From NCBI GenBank assembly GCA_028716665.1, contig JAQUPP010000001.1:555073-619072 (forward strand): DNA of 64,000 nt, written 5' to 3'. Below, piece by piece: positions 24,497-33,457 of the stretch (position 1 is the stretch's first letter; each line of letters starts with the position of its first letter). Source of the stretch: Patescibacteria group bacterium (lineage in GTDB: Bacteria > Patescibacteriota > Patescibacteriia > UBA2591 > JAQUPP01). The position numbers were made by a program, and so were the translations under genes. Below the pieces are notes generated by a model. The model was not told where the DNA came from, did not search any database, and was given only the letters and a program-made list of their open reading frames with translations.

Positions 24497-25450
24497 ATGA
24501 AAAAATTTAACGCCATTACCACTGTTTACAGTTATTATTTTCCCGAAATCAGAAAAATAATAACTGATTTAACCAAAAATTATCCTCATCAGATATTTCT
24601 TAAATCCATAGATCCCGGTTTGGACGATTTTCATTTTCCGATTATTGATCAATTTTTAAAATTTCAATCCGAGGCAATACCGCGTCTTAAAGATTTTGCT
24701 TTTAAATATCCGATCGGCGGCGCGGAAGAAGGAATACGCGAGATTTTAACCATGCTACAGAGTAAGGGGATTAAACAAATATATGTTTTAAAAGGGGACT
24801 ATGAAGGTTATCAGGCCGTAGCCGAGACGCGCAACATTAAAACGATTGAGGTTGATAAAAATACAGATCCGACAAAAATTAGAAAGGGTTATTGGTTTAT
24901 TTCCAATCCTTCGGCCTGCGACGGCAATATTTTATCCGATGAATTTATAAATAATATCTGTCAGGCCGGTCATAAAATTATTTATGATTTAACTTATCTC
25001 GGCATGACCGATTTGCACCATTTTGATATCAGTCATCCGAACATTATCGCTGTTCTTGTGTCTTTTAGTAAACCGTACGGATTATTTTACTATCGTTTGG
25101 GATTTGCTTTCAGTCGAATATCCATTCCGTCATTATATGGAAACAAGTGGTTTAAAAATATTTTATCGCTGTTGATTATACGGAGAATAATGGTAAAATT
25201 CAATTGTCGATATTTTTCTAAAAAATATAAACCCGTTCAGAAAAAAATCGTTAATGAAATTAATAAGCAGTTTGAATTGAATTTAAAACCAAGTGATGCC
25301 TTGCTTTTGGCTTATTTAAATAAAAAAGATGCAAAAAAACTTAATTCGCAGCAATTAAAATTAATTAAAAAATTTAAACGAGGCGATAATTATAGATTTT
25401 GCCTCACTCCTTATTACCAAGAGTATGAAAAAAATATGCGTTTTCATTAA
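24497..25450 (+). CDS. Hypothetical protein with weak PLP fold-type-I (aminotransferase-like) motif resemblance
   Basis: 'FISNPSACDGNIL' resembles NP.NPTG, and 'VSFSKPYGLFYYRLGFAFS' resembles SFSK..G..G.R.G with a PLP lysine. It is short (317 aa). Weak call. Confidence 0.3.
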   Translation: MKKFNAITTVYSYYFPEIRKIITDLTKNYPHQIFLKSIDPGLDDFHFPIIDQFLKFQSEAIPRLKDFAFKYPIGGAEEGIREILTMLQSKGIKQIYVLKGDYEGYQAVAETRNIKTIEVDKNTDPTKIRKGYWFISNPSACDGNILSDEFINNICQAGHKIIYDLTYLGMTDLHHFDISHPNIIAVLVSFSKPYGLFYYRLGFAFSRISIPSLYGNKWFKNILSLLIIRRIMVKFNCRYFSKKYKPVQKKIVNEINKQFELNLKPSDALLLAYLNKKDAKKLNSQQLKLIKKFKRGDNYRFCLTPYYQEYEKNMRFH

Positions 25451-26213
25451 AACAACCAAGCCCGGCGTGCGTCAAACGGCAAAAGAAATAGAAAAATATT
25501 TCAAAGAACGGAATTATCAGGTTTTTAATAAAATAAATTCATCAGTTTTAAAAAAGGGATTAGACTGGATTATGGTTCTTGGCGGAGACGGATCAATACT
25601 TCATACGGCTAATAAAGTGGCGATTCAGAAAGTTCCCTTAGTAGGCGTTAATTTTGGCTGCAAGGGTTATCTCTGCCGCATTTCAAAAGAACAATTATTA
25701 AAAAAAATGGAAGAGCTTCATCAAGGAAATTTTTCCGTTGATTCTTATACGCGAATTAAAGCGCGGATCACCAGAAAAAATAAAATTATCAAAGAAATAG
25801 ACGCGCTTAACGATATAGTGGTCGGTGGAATCAATCGGGTGGTTTGGTTAAAACTTAAAATTATTCATGGTAATCAAAGGAAATTAGCCAATGTCGTTGG
25901 CGATGGTATAATTTTTTCCACTCAAATAGGTTCAACTGCTTATAATCTTTATGCCGGCGGGCCGGTGCTTTTCAATGATTCTTTCAGCGTGGTTGCCTGC
26001 AACGCGTTCTTTGAATCTGATTATTTTTCGCCCAATACAAGAGCATTTGTCGCGCCAACCAGCGCTTCATTTGAAGTGATAACCTTGCGGAGCGGTCAGC
26101 ATTTGCCTTATGTTGTGGCCGACGGACAGAGAGACTATCGTCTTAATGAAGGCGATAAAGTGGTTATTTCAAAATCATTAATGACCACAAAATTAATAAA
26201 ATTCAAGGATTGA
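25425..26213 (+). CDS. nadK: NAD+ kinase
   Basis: 'WIMVLGGDGSILH' (GGDG) and 'DGIIFSTQIGSTAYNLYAGGPVL' (NAD kinase signature). Confidence 0.85.
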   Translation: MKKICVFIKTTKPGVRQTAKEIEKYFKERNYQVFNKINSSVLKKGLDWIMVLGGDGSILHTANKVAIQKVPLVGVNFGCKGYLCRISKEQLLKKMEELHQGNFSVDSYTRIKARITRKNKIIKEIDALNDIVVGGINRVVWLKLKIIHGNQRKLANVVGDGIIFSTQIGSTAYNLYAGGPVLFNDSFSVVACNAFFESDYFSPNTRAFVAPTSASFEVITLRSGQHLPYVVADGQRDYRLNEGDKVVISKSLMTTKLIKFKD

Positions 26214-26356
26214 CCAGGTAGTAGAATTTTGACTTATTTTTTTTAAGGGCGGTAAGAGGTAATTAATAAATTTTTAAGCTAATAAATTGATAAGTATATA
26301 TAAATAAAGAAATTAAATAAAAAATTAAAGGCCCTGTCAAAATTTCACTACCTGGT
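26213..26356. repeat. MITE-like intergenic element copy B: ACCAGGTAGTAGAATTTTGAC ... GTCAAAATTTCACTACCTGGT
   Basis: Same terminal inverted repeats as 20902..21041. It starts at the last base of the nadK stop codon. The AT-rich interior differs from copy A. Confidence 0.65.
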
Positions 26357-26413
26357 TGACAAATAGCAATTTTTTTGATATTATAATAATAATTTTGCAG
26401 CTCTTTACAATAT

Positions 26414-26427
26414 CCGCTAAATAGCGG
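26414..26427 (+). promoter_or_regulatory. Perfect palindrome CCGCTAAATAGCGG immediately 5' of the pncB ribosome-binding site (AAAGGAGG). Candidate operator.
   Basis: Read directly from the sequence. It lies 4 bp before a strong SD and 15 bp before the ATG. Confidence 0.35.
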
Positions 26428-26441
26428 AAAAGGAGGAAAAG

Positions 26442-27656
26442 ATGGAACATATTATTAATTCATTGTTGGACCTGGATTATTACAAATTGACCATGGCCCA
26501 AGTATCTTGGAAATATTATCCTGAAGTTCCGGTACAGTATAGTTTTATAAATCGCACCGCTCGTGTGAATTTATCCGATTATATTTCCCTTGAAGTTTTA
26601 AAGTCGGAGTTTGACCATGTTAAAACGCTCAAATATCTTCCTGAAGAAATTGATTATCTGCGCGGTTTGAAAATTTTCGAAGAAGGTTTTTTAAATTTCT
26701 TAAACGGCGTAAGGTTGGACGGTATTTCTTTTCGCACTCAACCGAAATTTGAAATTGAAGTGGAAGGTAATTGGAGTGAACGAATTTTTTGGGAAACCAT
26801 AAAATTATGCATCGTTACAGAGTTGTATAATCGGGTTTTAGTAAAACGATCCGGCATGTCCATGGAAGAAGTTTGGAGAGAAGGAGAAAGGCGATTGGAT
26901 GAGAAAATTAGAATTATTCAAAAACATCCGGAAATTAAATTTATAGATTTCGGCACTCGGCGCAGATTCAGCAGAGATTGGCATGATTATGCTGCAAGGA
27001 AATTAAAAAATGAATTATCGCCGGAACAGTTTTTGGGAGTATCAAATGTTTACCTTGCCAAAAAATACGGTTTAGCCTCAAAAGGCACTTATGCTCATGA
27101 AAAAGACATGATTCTTTACGGAGTTTTCTATGACAGTAAAGATCCTGTCCGCGAGTCGCATAACAGGGTTATGGAAATATGGTGGGAAACATACGGTAAG
27201 GGATTATCAATTGCTTTGTCTGATACTTATGGCAGCGATTTCTTTCTTGAAAATTTTACATTAGAACAGGCTCAAAATTGGAATGGATTACGTCAAGATT
27301 CAGGTGATCCTTTTAGATGGGGCGAGAAAGTATTTGATTTTTATCTTAAAAAAACCATTAACCCCACCACTAAAACAGTTATTTTCAGTGACGGATTGGA
27401 CATTACAATGATGTTGAAATTATCAGGATATTTTCGGAATTGCTTCAATGTTTTGTTCGGTTGGGGTACGAATCTGACAAATGATTGCGGTTTTGAGGCG
27501 CTTTCCTTGGTTTCAAAGCCAACGTATTCTTGCGGTCACCCGGTAATTAAATTGAGTGATAATATCGCCAAAGCTACCGGAGATCTCAAAGAAATCGAAA
27601 GAGTTAAACGTATTCTCAGTTATACCAACGACTTTAACGAAACCTGTGTGTATTAA
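26442..27656 (+). CDS. pncB: Nicotinate phosphoribosyltransferase
   Basis: The N-terminal 'LLDLDYYKLTMAQV' is characteristic of NAPRTase. 404 aa. Confidence 0.75.
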   Translation: MEHIINSLLDLDYYKLTMAQVSWKYYPEVPVQYSFINRTARVNLSDYISLEVLKSEFDHVKTLKYLPEEIDYLRGLKIFEEGFLNFLNGVRLDGISFRTQPKFEIEVEGNWSERIFWETIKLCIVTELYNRVLVKRSGMSMEEVWREGERRLDEKIRIIQKHPEIKFIDFGTRRRFSRDWHDYAARKLKNELSPEQFLGVSNVYLAKKYGLASKGTYAHEKDMILYGVFYDSKDPVRESHNRVMEIWWETYGKGLSIALSDTYGSDFFLENFTLEQAQNWNGLRQDSGDPFRWGEKVFDFYLKKTINPTTKTVIFSDGLDITMMLKLSGYFRNCFNVLFGWGTNLTNDCGFEALSLVSKPTYSCGHPVIKLSDNIAKATGDLKEIERVKRILSYTNDFNETCVY

Positions 27657-27707
27657 TAATTTTTTCCGTCTTTAAAAAATAAAAAATCCAAAAAAAGAAA
27701 AAGGGAG

Positions 27708-28319
27708 GTGATTAAAATGAAAGGAAAGATTATCAGGATAAATTTGATAGTGGATGGGATTATTGGTTTTCTTGAAGAAGGTCCGCTTTTCAGTCCGAGA
27801 ACCAGAATAATTATTCCGCACATTGATGAGTATTTAAAAAAGGAATGGACCGAAGAGAGAAGACATAATCAAGAAACCATTTTTGTCGGAGATGCGCATG
27901 GTAAGAATGATCTGGAAAACAAAATATTCGGTGTTCATTGTCAAAAGGGAAGCAAGGAAGCTCAAATTATTCAAGAATTGCGTTGGTGCGCGGAAAATAG
28001 TTATAGCTCGGTTTATACTAAAAAAAGTCACAGCGCGCTTTTTGAAACAGGTTTATTGGATCATCTACAGGCGTATCATCCGTTTAACGCTCCGGTTCCG
28101 GAGAATATGGAAATAGTAATTATGGGAGCTTGGACTGACGTTTGTGTTTTGCACACAATAATTGACCTTGTGAGATACGGTTATAATAAAATTATTGTAT
28201 CAAAGGATTGTGTGGAAACCGGCGATTTACCTTGGCATCCGGGCGATGAAGTGCAAAAATGGGCGCTGGTTTATATAGAAAAAGTATTGGGCGCGAAAGT
28301 AGTAGACCATTTGGATTAA
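27708..28319 (+). CDS. pncA: Isochorismatase-family hydrolase, likely nicotinamidase
   Basis: 'MGAWTDVCVLHT' is the catalytic Cys context of the isochorismatase/nicotinamidase family. The gene lies downstream of pncB. Confidence 0.55.
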   Translation: MIKMKGKIIRINLIVDGIIGFLEEGPLFSPRTRIIIPHIDEYLKKEWTEERRHNQETIFVGDAHGKNDLENKIFGVHCQKGSKEAQIIQELRWCAENSYSSVYTKKSHSALFETGLLDHLQAYHPFNAPVPENMEIVIMGAWTDVCVLHTIIDLVRYGYNKIIVSKDCVETGDLPWHPGDEVQKWALVYIEKVLGAKVVDHLD

Positions 28320-28321
28320 AT

Positions 28322-28354
28322 AAAAAAGCCCTCTCAATAATCGAGAGGGCTTTT
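28322..28354. terminator. Bidirectional terminator between convergent pncA and lemA
   Basis: 'aaaaagccctctc aataatc gagagggcttttt'. Confidence 0.75.
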
Positions 28355-28373
28355 TAAATTATCCGAATATAAT

Positions 28374-28931
28374 TTAGAATTCAACTTTCGGCGCAGTGCG
28401 AGCCGCTTCTTCTTTAAGTTCAAAAAATTCCACTGTTTTAAAACCGAGTTTTCCGGCAATTAAATTGGACGGAAACACTTCGCATTTGACATTGAAATCT
28501 CTGGCATTGCTATTGTAAAATCTACGGGAAGCTTGAATTTTATTTTCCGTATCAGTCAGTTCATCTTGCAGTTTTTGAAAATTTTCCGAAGCTCTTAACT
28601 GAGGATAATTTTCAGCCACGGCGAATAAAGTTTTTAAAGCGCCGGTCAAACCATCTTCCGCTTCCGCTTTTTGCGACATTGTTTGCGCTCCCATGGCTTG
28701 AGTTCTGGCTTGAGTGACATTTTCAAATGTTTCTTTTTCATGAGCCGCGTATCCTTTGACGGCATTAACCAAATTCGGAATAAGGTCGTATCTTCGTTTA
28801 AGTTGAACGTCGATATCAGACCAGGATTCATTTACGCGATTGTGCCAAGTAATTAAGCCGTTATAAGTGGAAATAATCCACCAAACAAACCAAATTACTA
28901 TGACGACGATAATCCAAAGATAAGTAGGCAT
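28374..28931 (-). CDS. lemA: LemA family membrane protein
   Basis: N-terminal TM segment, then 'YNGLITWHNRVNESWSDIDVQLKRRYDLIPNLV...FAVAENYPQLRA...RRFYNSNARDFN', which is canonical LemA. Confidence 0.85.
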   Translation of the reverse strand: MPTYLWIIVVIVIWFVWWIISTYNGLITWHNRVNESWSDIDVQLKRRYDLIPNLVNAVKGYAAHEKETFENVTQARTQAMGAQTMSQKAEAEDGLTGALKTLFAVAENYPQLRASENFQKLQDELTDTENKIQASRRFYNSNARDFNVKCEVFPSNLIAGKLGFKTVEFFELKEEAARTAPKVEF

Positions 28932-28975
28932 ATTTTTATAAATTAAAATTATTAATTAAATTATTATAACACGTT

Positions 28976-29782
28976 TTAAGAAATTTTGAAATGAGCCACC
29001 AGAGTGCCGACGCCAAATGGCGCTTCGTAAGAAAGTATCTCCGGTTTGTAATTTAAATTGTCCAAAACTCCCAAAAGAACGATAATCGGACGCAGACCGC
29101 ATTCTTTAGCTTCTTGAACTAAATTAGGATCAAAATTTATGATTTTATCAATATTTTTTTGTTTGAGAAACTTGATTAATTTTTTATCAAATTCGTTTTC
29201 AACGGGATTCTCCGTTTGACTCAAGGCATGAGATAAATCTCCGGAAGCGATGACGGCGATTTTTTTATCACTTTGCATGATTTCTTCTTTCAATCCTTGT
29301 CCGAATTCAAAATGTTTTTGATAATCCAATTCGGAAACACTGATTGGAATAAGAGAAAAATTTGAAATAGAATCATTGGTCGCGGGTGTTTTTTGAGTTA
29401 AATAATATAACGGTACTGTAACGCCATAATCCAAATTTTGTTCGCTGATCATTGTTAAAAAGGGCGGGGGATTGGCGGTTTCAAAACGTTCTCTGATTCT
29501 GTATGTTAATTTTGAGTCGCTCTTGAATTCCATCTTGGTGGTTAAGTCTCCGAATAATTCAAGGCTGCTGGAATATTTTTCAGCCAAGTTTAAACAAAAA
29601 GCATCGGCGAAAATCAAACCGTGCGGAGAAATAACAATAATTATATCCGGTTTTATTTTAACCAATTTATTTTTTAATTTTTCCATTGCTTCAACGGTCT
29701 GTTTGGCCATTTCAAGTTTTTCTTGGCCAATAGACGGGATGAGAATGGGATGATGAGGAATAATAGCGGCAAAAGAAATCAT
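28976..29782 (-). CDS. Class III extradiol dioxygenase / Memo-like family protein (uncertain)
   Basis: 'AAIIPHHPILIP' ... 'IIVISPHGL' resembles the His-containing motifs of LigB/DODA-Memo superfamily members. Confidence 0.35.
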   Translation of the reverse strand: MISFAAIIPHHPILIPSIGQEKLEMAKQTVEAMEKLKNKLVKIKPDIIIVISPHGLIFADAFCLNLAEKYSSSLELFGDLTTKMEFKSDSKLTYRIRERFETANPPPFLTMISEQNLDYGVTVPLYYLTQKTPATNDSISNFSLIPISVSELDYQKHFEFGQGLKEEIMQSDKKIAVIASGDLSHALSQTENPVENEFDKKLIKFLKQKNIDKIINFDPNLVQEAKECGLRPIIVLLGVLDNLNYKPEILSYEAPFGVGTLVAHFKIS

Positions 29783-29789
29783 AGTATTA

Positions 29790-29828
29790 GCTTTTTAGGA
29801 AGTTAGCTTATTAGCTTTTTAGGAATTA
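29790..29828. repeat. Tandem direct repeat TAGCTTTTTAGGAA (2 copies) in a promoter region
   Basis: 'tagctttttaggaagttagcttattagctttttaggaatt'. Confidence 0.4.
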
Positions 29829-29911
29829 AAAATTTAAAATATTTTTGAAAATTTTGAAGTTTTTCTAATTTTGAATTTTGCTCTGTCATTTTGCACTTTG
29901 ATTTTTACATT

Positions 29912-31267
29912 TTAAATTTTTAACGATTCACCCAGAGTGTACATATATAATACGGTCTCCGGAACAGTCAGGATGGCGCTCCATTGATAACCCAAGGCGT
30001 CAAAAATTTCTTCAGAAGGGATAGGCAGGCGTTGTCCTTGAGTTATTAAATAAACATTCGGTTCATTGGCGGTTTTCACCAAGGTTCCGTCTCTGAATTT
30101 AACCGGTTCGCCATTTTTAAATTCGGTTAAGTATTTTGGTTCACTCTTAACAATATGAGAATAAGGGAAATTAACGTTTAAAATAGACTGATCAACAATA
30201 GGGTACTTTATGTCTTCTTCGACATAATAGACGCTTTTAGAGGCCTTATCTTGAAGCAGGGCGCCTGAAGGATAAGGAGTAAGTATCGGTCTTCCTTCTT
30301 TATAAGTTAATAAATCATTCGGTTCAACTTTAATAATTTCTTCCGGATTAAACCCGATAGCTTTGAATATTTTTTCTGAAATGGAACGTTTGACGCCGTC
30401 AATTAACATAAAAATTTCTCCGGTGGAAGCTTTGACAAGCGAGTAATTCGGGAAAGTCATCGGCTCACCGATTTCAAAATTTTTAAGTTCTTCAAGGCTC
30501 ACTTCTCTTACATTCTTAAAACTGTGATTAAGCAAGAAAACCGTCTTTGAATAAAATGGCCGTCGCTGGTTGTTTTGAATAAGCCAAATACCATTGTCTC
30601 CCTCAGCTTTTAAAAGTGTCCCATCGGCAAATTTAGATTCCGTTTTTTTAACAAACCATTTTTGCCAAATCGACCAAAATAATTTATTGCCGGTAACATA
30701 AGGCGTGTAATTATAAAGGGCGGCCGTGGCTGAATTTTGCGGACTTACTTTTTGATAGCTTATTCTATATGTTTGTCCGGCGCGATAAAAGAATTCCCAT
30801 GGATGCTCTATGAAATAACGCAGTCGCCAGGTGGCGCGATCAACTTGCGTGGCAAAACCGGAAAAACGTTGAACCGGTTTGCGATAATCGTAACATCCGA
30901 ATCCGGTCGCCCAATCGTATTGTGAAGATTTTTTTGGGGGCTGGGAAACAAGAGTTTGTTCTTTTTGGAGCACGGTAATGATAATTTGAGGATTAACTTT
31001 GTATTCTTGGGCGGCTCGATAAATTATTTCCGAAGCTAATTTTTTTTTGCCATCTATGTCCGTACATTGATATGTATCGAGCGTTCCGCCTGCATTTTCC
31101 AAGAATTTTTGAATTTCTTCCAAAGTCATGCTTTGATAATTAGTTAAGTCATAATCGGAAATGATGGAATTTGGATTAAAAAAAACTTCGGCCCGACATA
31201 TTAACGGCCAATTAAGACTGACTAAAACAAGAATCAATAAAACAGCAATTTTTTTTATAAAAGACAT
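29912..31267 (-). CDS. Secreted hypothetical protein (451 aa)
   Basis: Signal peptide 'MSFIKKIAVLLILVLVSLNWPLICRAEV'. No recognisable catalytic motif. Confidence 0.5.
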   Translation of the reverse strand: MSFIKKIAVLLILVLVSLNWPLICRAEVFFNPNSIISDYDLTNYQSMTLEEIQKFLENAGGTLDTYQCTDIDGKKKLASEIIYRAAQEYKVNPQIIITVLQKEQTLVSQPPKKSSQYDWATGFGCYDYRKPVQRFSGFATQVDRATWRLRYFIEHPWEFFYRAGQTYRISYQKVSPQNSATAALYNYTPYVTGNKLFWSIWQKWFVKKTESKFADGTLLKAEGDNGIWLIQNNQRRPFYSKTVFLLNHSFKNVREVSLEELKNFEIGEPMTFPNYSLVKASTGEIFMLIDGVKRSISEKIFKAIGFNPEEIIKVEPNDLLTYKEGRPILTPYPSGALLQDKASKSVYYVEEDIKYPIVDQSILNVNFPYSHIVKSEPKYLTEFKNGEPVKFRDGTLVKTANEPNVYLITQGQRLPIPSEEIFDALGYQWSAILTVPETVLYMYTLGESLKI

Positions 31268-31334
31268 AGAATACTATATTTTATTATATTTATAACTTAT
31301 GGTCAAGGGTTGAATTCTATGTTAAGATGTTTAA

Positions 31335-32207
31335 ATGATGAATTTCAACAAAAAATCTATTTATTTTTGGGAGACCATTTTGTTTATTTTGACCCTAGGA
31401 TTGGGGATATCGGCTGTTTTCAGATTACGTTCATTTTTTACACCGGGCGCTGCCGGTATTCCACCGCTTAATATTTGGCACTTTATGGGACAATTCTTTT
31501 CAGTCACTTTATTTGTTTTTATCATTTCAATATTAGGCGCAAAAGCAGCTAAAATAAAAGACATAATATTTAAAACTATTTTTATTTTAGCTGTATTTTC
31601 GGGTGGATTTATTTTATTGAATTTATGGATGCCGAGTATTTTCGCCTTGATTTTAATAATTGCTTTGATTTTAGTTTGGTTAATCAAGCCGACGGTTTTA
31701 ATTCATGATTTGTCAGTGATTTTGGCAATATCAAGTATTGGCGCCATAATGGGTTTGGGATTTAAACCAATGGAAGTAATTGTGCTGTTATTGATTTTTT
31801 CCGTTTACGATTTTATTGCTGTTTATAAGACCAAGCATATGGTTAAAATGGCCAGAGAAATGATCAGGAGTCAAGCTATTTTGGGTTTTATTATTCCGTC
31901 AAATTTTTCCGCCCAAGGCGGATCGGCCTTGGGCGGAAAAGATTGGATGGAAAATTTAAAAAAAGTGGAACCTGGTGGAAATTTTTTAATTTTAGGCGGC
32001 GGCGATATTATTTTTCCATTGCTTTTGTGCGCGTCTTTGGCAGGAAGGGGGATTATGGATGTTTTGATCGTCGCTATCTTTGCTTTAATCGGACTTTTGA
32101 CAAGCTTTTGGATTTTTAACCGACAATCAAATCGTCAACCGATTCCCGCTCTTCCGCCCATTGCCTTATTTTCCATTATTGGATATTTATTAAGCTTGAT
32201 TGTTTAA
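31335..32207 (+). CDS. Presenilin / signal-peptide-peptidase family (A22) intramembrane aspartyl protease homolog
   Basis: Polytopic. 'FSVYDFIAV' (YD motif), 'LILGGGDIIFPLLL' (GxGD motif) and C-terminal 'QPIPALPPIA' (PAL motif) occur in canonical order. Confidence 0.5.
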   Translation: MMNFNKKSIYFWETILFILTLGLGISAVFRLRSFFTPGAAGIPPLNIWHFMGQFFSVTLFVFIISILGAKAAKIKDIIFKTIFILAVFSGGFILLNLWMPSIFALILIIALILVWLIKPTVLIHDLSVILAISSIGAIMGLGFKPMEVIVLLLIFSVYDFIAVYKTKHMVKMAREMIRSQAILGFIIPSNFSAQGGSALGGKDWMENLKKVEPGGNFLILGGGDIIFPLLLCASLAGRGIMDVLIVAIFALIGLLTSFWIFNRQSNRQPIPALPPIALFSIIGYLLSLIV

Positions 32208-32293
32208 ATATTGACAAATTTTAATAAATCGCTATGATTAAATCAGTTATTTTAAAATTGGGATAAAATATTTCAATAAAAAGGGAGGTAAAG

Positions 32294-32788
32294 ATGTGGT
32301 GGAAAAAAGATAAACAGGCAAAAGTTAATTTTTTGGCGCTTGATTTGGCCAAGAAATTGGCTCCCGTATTGGAAAAAAGACTCAATGAAATGAGTCAACC
32401 ATTTGAACGTTGTCCGGATGAATATGATAGTAAACAATATGGTTCAACCCCAGAATCACCATATACAGTTAGGGTGGAGAGTGGTAGTAATAAAAAAAGA
32501 TGCTTTGTGAGATTTGATATTAACCGAGGCCATATACCTGGTCATAGTTCCTATTTTATTTCGTTCGTATTAGTAGTATCTCTCTCTGACCCCTCAGATA
32601 TTGAACATAAACTTCAATACCTGGATGTTGCGGCCTATAAGGAAAAATTAGACCCAAGGGAGTATCAAGAAATAAGGAATATTTTAAGTGATTTTTTTGG
32701 TGGTAATTGGGAAGAACAGAAATACGATTCTTGCGGCGACAATGAGTATATAGATAAAAACACAAGAGAATTAGTTACGGTTTATTAA
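32294..32788 (+). CDS. Hypothetical protein (164 aa)
   Basis: Strong SD 'aaagggaggtaaag' followed by ATG, and a terminator immediately downstream. No motifs recognised. Confidence 0.5.
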   Translation: MWWKKDKQAKVNFLALDLAKKLAPVLEKRLNEMSQPFERCPDEYDSKQYGSTPESPYTVRVESGSNKKRCFVRFDINRGHIPGHSSYFISFVLVVSLSDPSDIEHKLQYLDVAAYKEKLDPREYQEIRNILSDFFGGNWEEQKYDSCGDNEYIDKNTRELVTVY

Positions 32789-32792
32789 AACA

Positions 32793-32832
32793 GAAAGGCT
32801 TAATTTTTTAATCAAATTAAGCCTTTTTTTAT
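32793..32832 (+). terminator. Rho-independent terminator
   Basis: 'aaaggcttaatttttt aatca aattaagccttttttt'. Confidence 0.7.
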
Positions 32833-32916
32833 TGGTATTGACAAAAGGCTGAATTTGTGTTATGTTTTTATTATATAAAGTTCTTTGATTCAAAAAATAA
32901 AAAGGAGGTGAGTAAT

Positions 32917-33378
32917 ATGGATAACAAAAATACAGAGGATAAAGAGAGAATTTCTCGTATGGCTACTCATGATTTAGTTGAAAAACATCATGAAGATATG
33001 AAGATTATCAGGGGATTATTCCAGAACTCTGCTTTATTGTCAAAAGAAGAGGGGAATAAACTGATTAATTTTTTTAACAGCATAACTGAATTTGAACAGA
33101 GAGCAGCTCTGATGGTTTATGTTCTAATGGAATTCAAATGGCGAGTTGAAAGTAAAATGGATGCCATTTCGGTAGATATTCACGGTGGAGATAAAAAACA
33201 AATAGAGGCGATCAGAGAATCACTTAAGCTATCCTCACAAAACACCGACGAGTTAGGAATCAAACTTACACGACATCTGGACGATTCATTACCGGATAAA
33301 AAATGCGAGTTAATGCTCACTATCTTGAGTGTGGCATTAAACGTAATACATAGAAACAAAAAAGGCTCAATTTATTAA
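32917..33378 (+). CDS. Hypothetical protein (153 aa). Start revised from the track's 32857 to the Met preceded by SD 'aaaaggaggtgagtaat'.
   Basis: A strong SD lies 8 nt upstream of ATG 32917. No motifs recognised. Confidence 0.45.
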   Translation: MDNKNTEDKERISRMATHDLVEKHHEDMKIIRGLFQNSALLSKEEGNKLINFFNSITEFEQRAALMVYVLMEFKWRVESKMDAISVDIHGGDKKQIEAIRESLKLSSQNTDELGIKLTRHLDDSLPDKKCELMLTILSVALNVIHRNKKGSIY

Positions 33379-33457
33379 ATTGGGCCTTTTCTTTTTAAAC
33401 TAAATCAGTATTTATCCACTTAATAAATAGTCTAAATAATGATATACTATACATATA

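Noticed and set aside
28646-28856. Small ORFs 28646..28831 (-) and 28671..28856 (+) inside lemA
   Set aside because: They are embedded in a well-supported LemA CDS and have no motifs.
32857-32916. Upstream extension of the 32917 ORF (track start at 32857)
   Set aside because: The ATG at 32917 has a near-perfect SD (aaaaggaggtga) at ideal spacing. The 20-aa extension reads through the terminator of the preceding gene.
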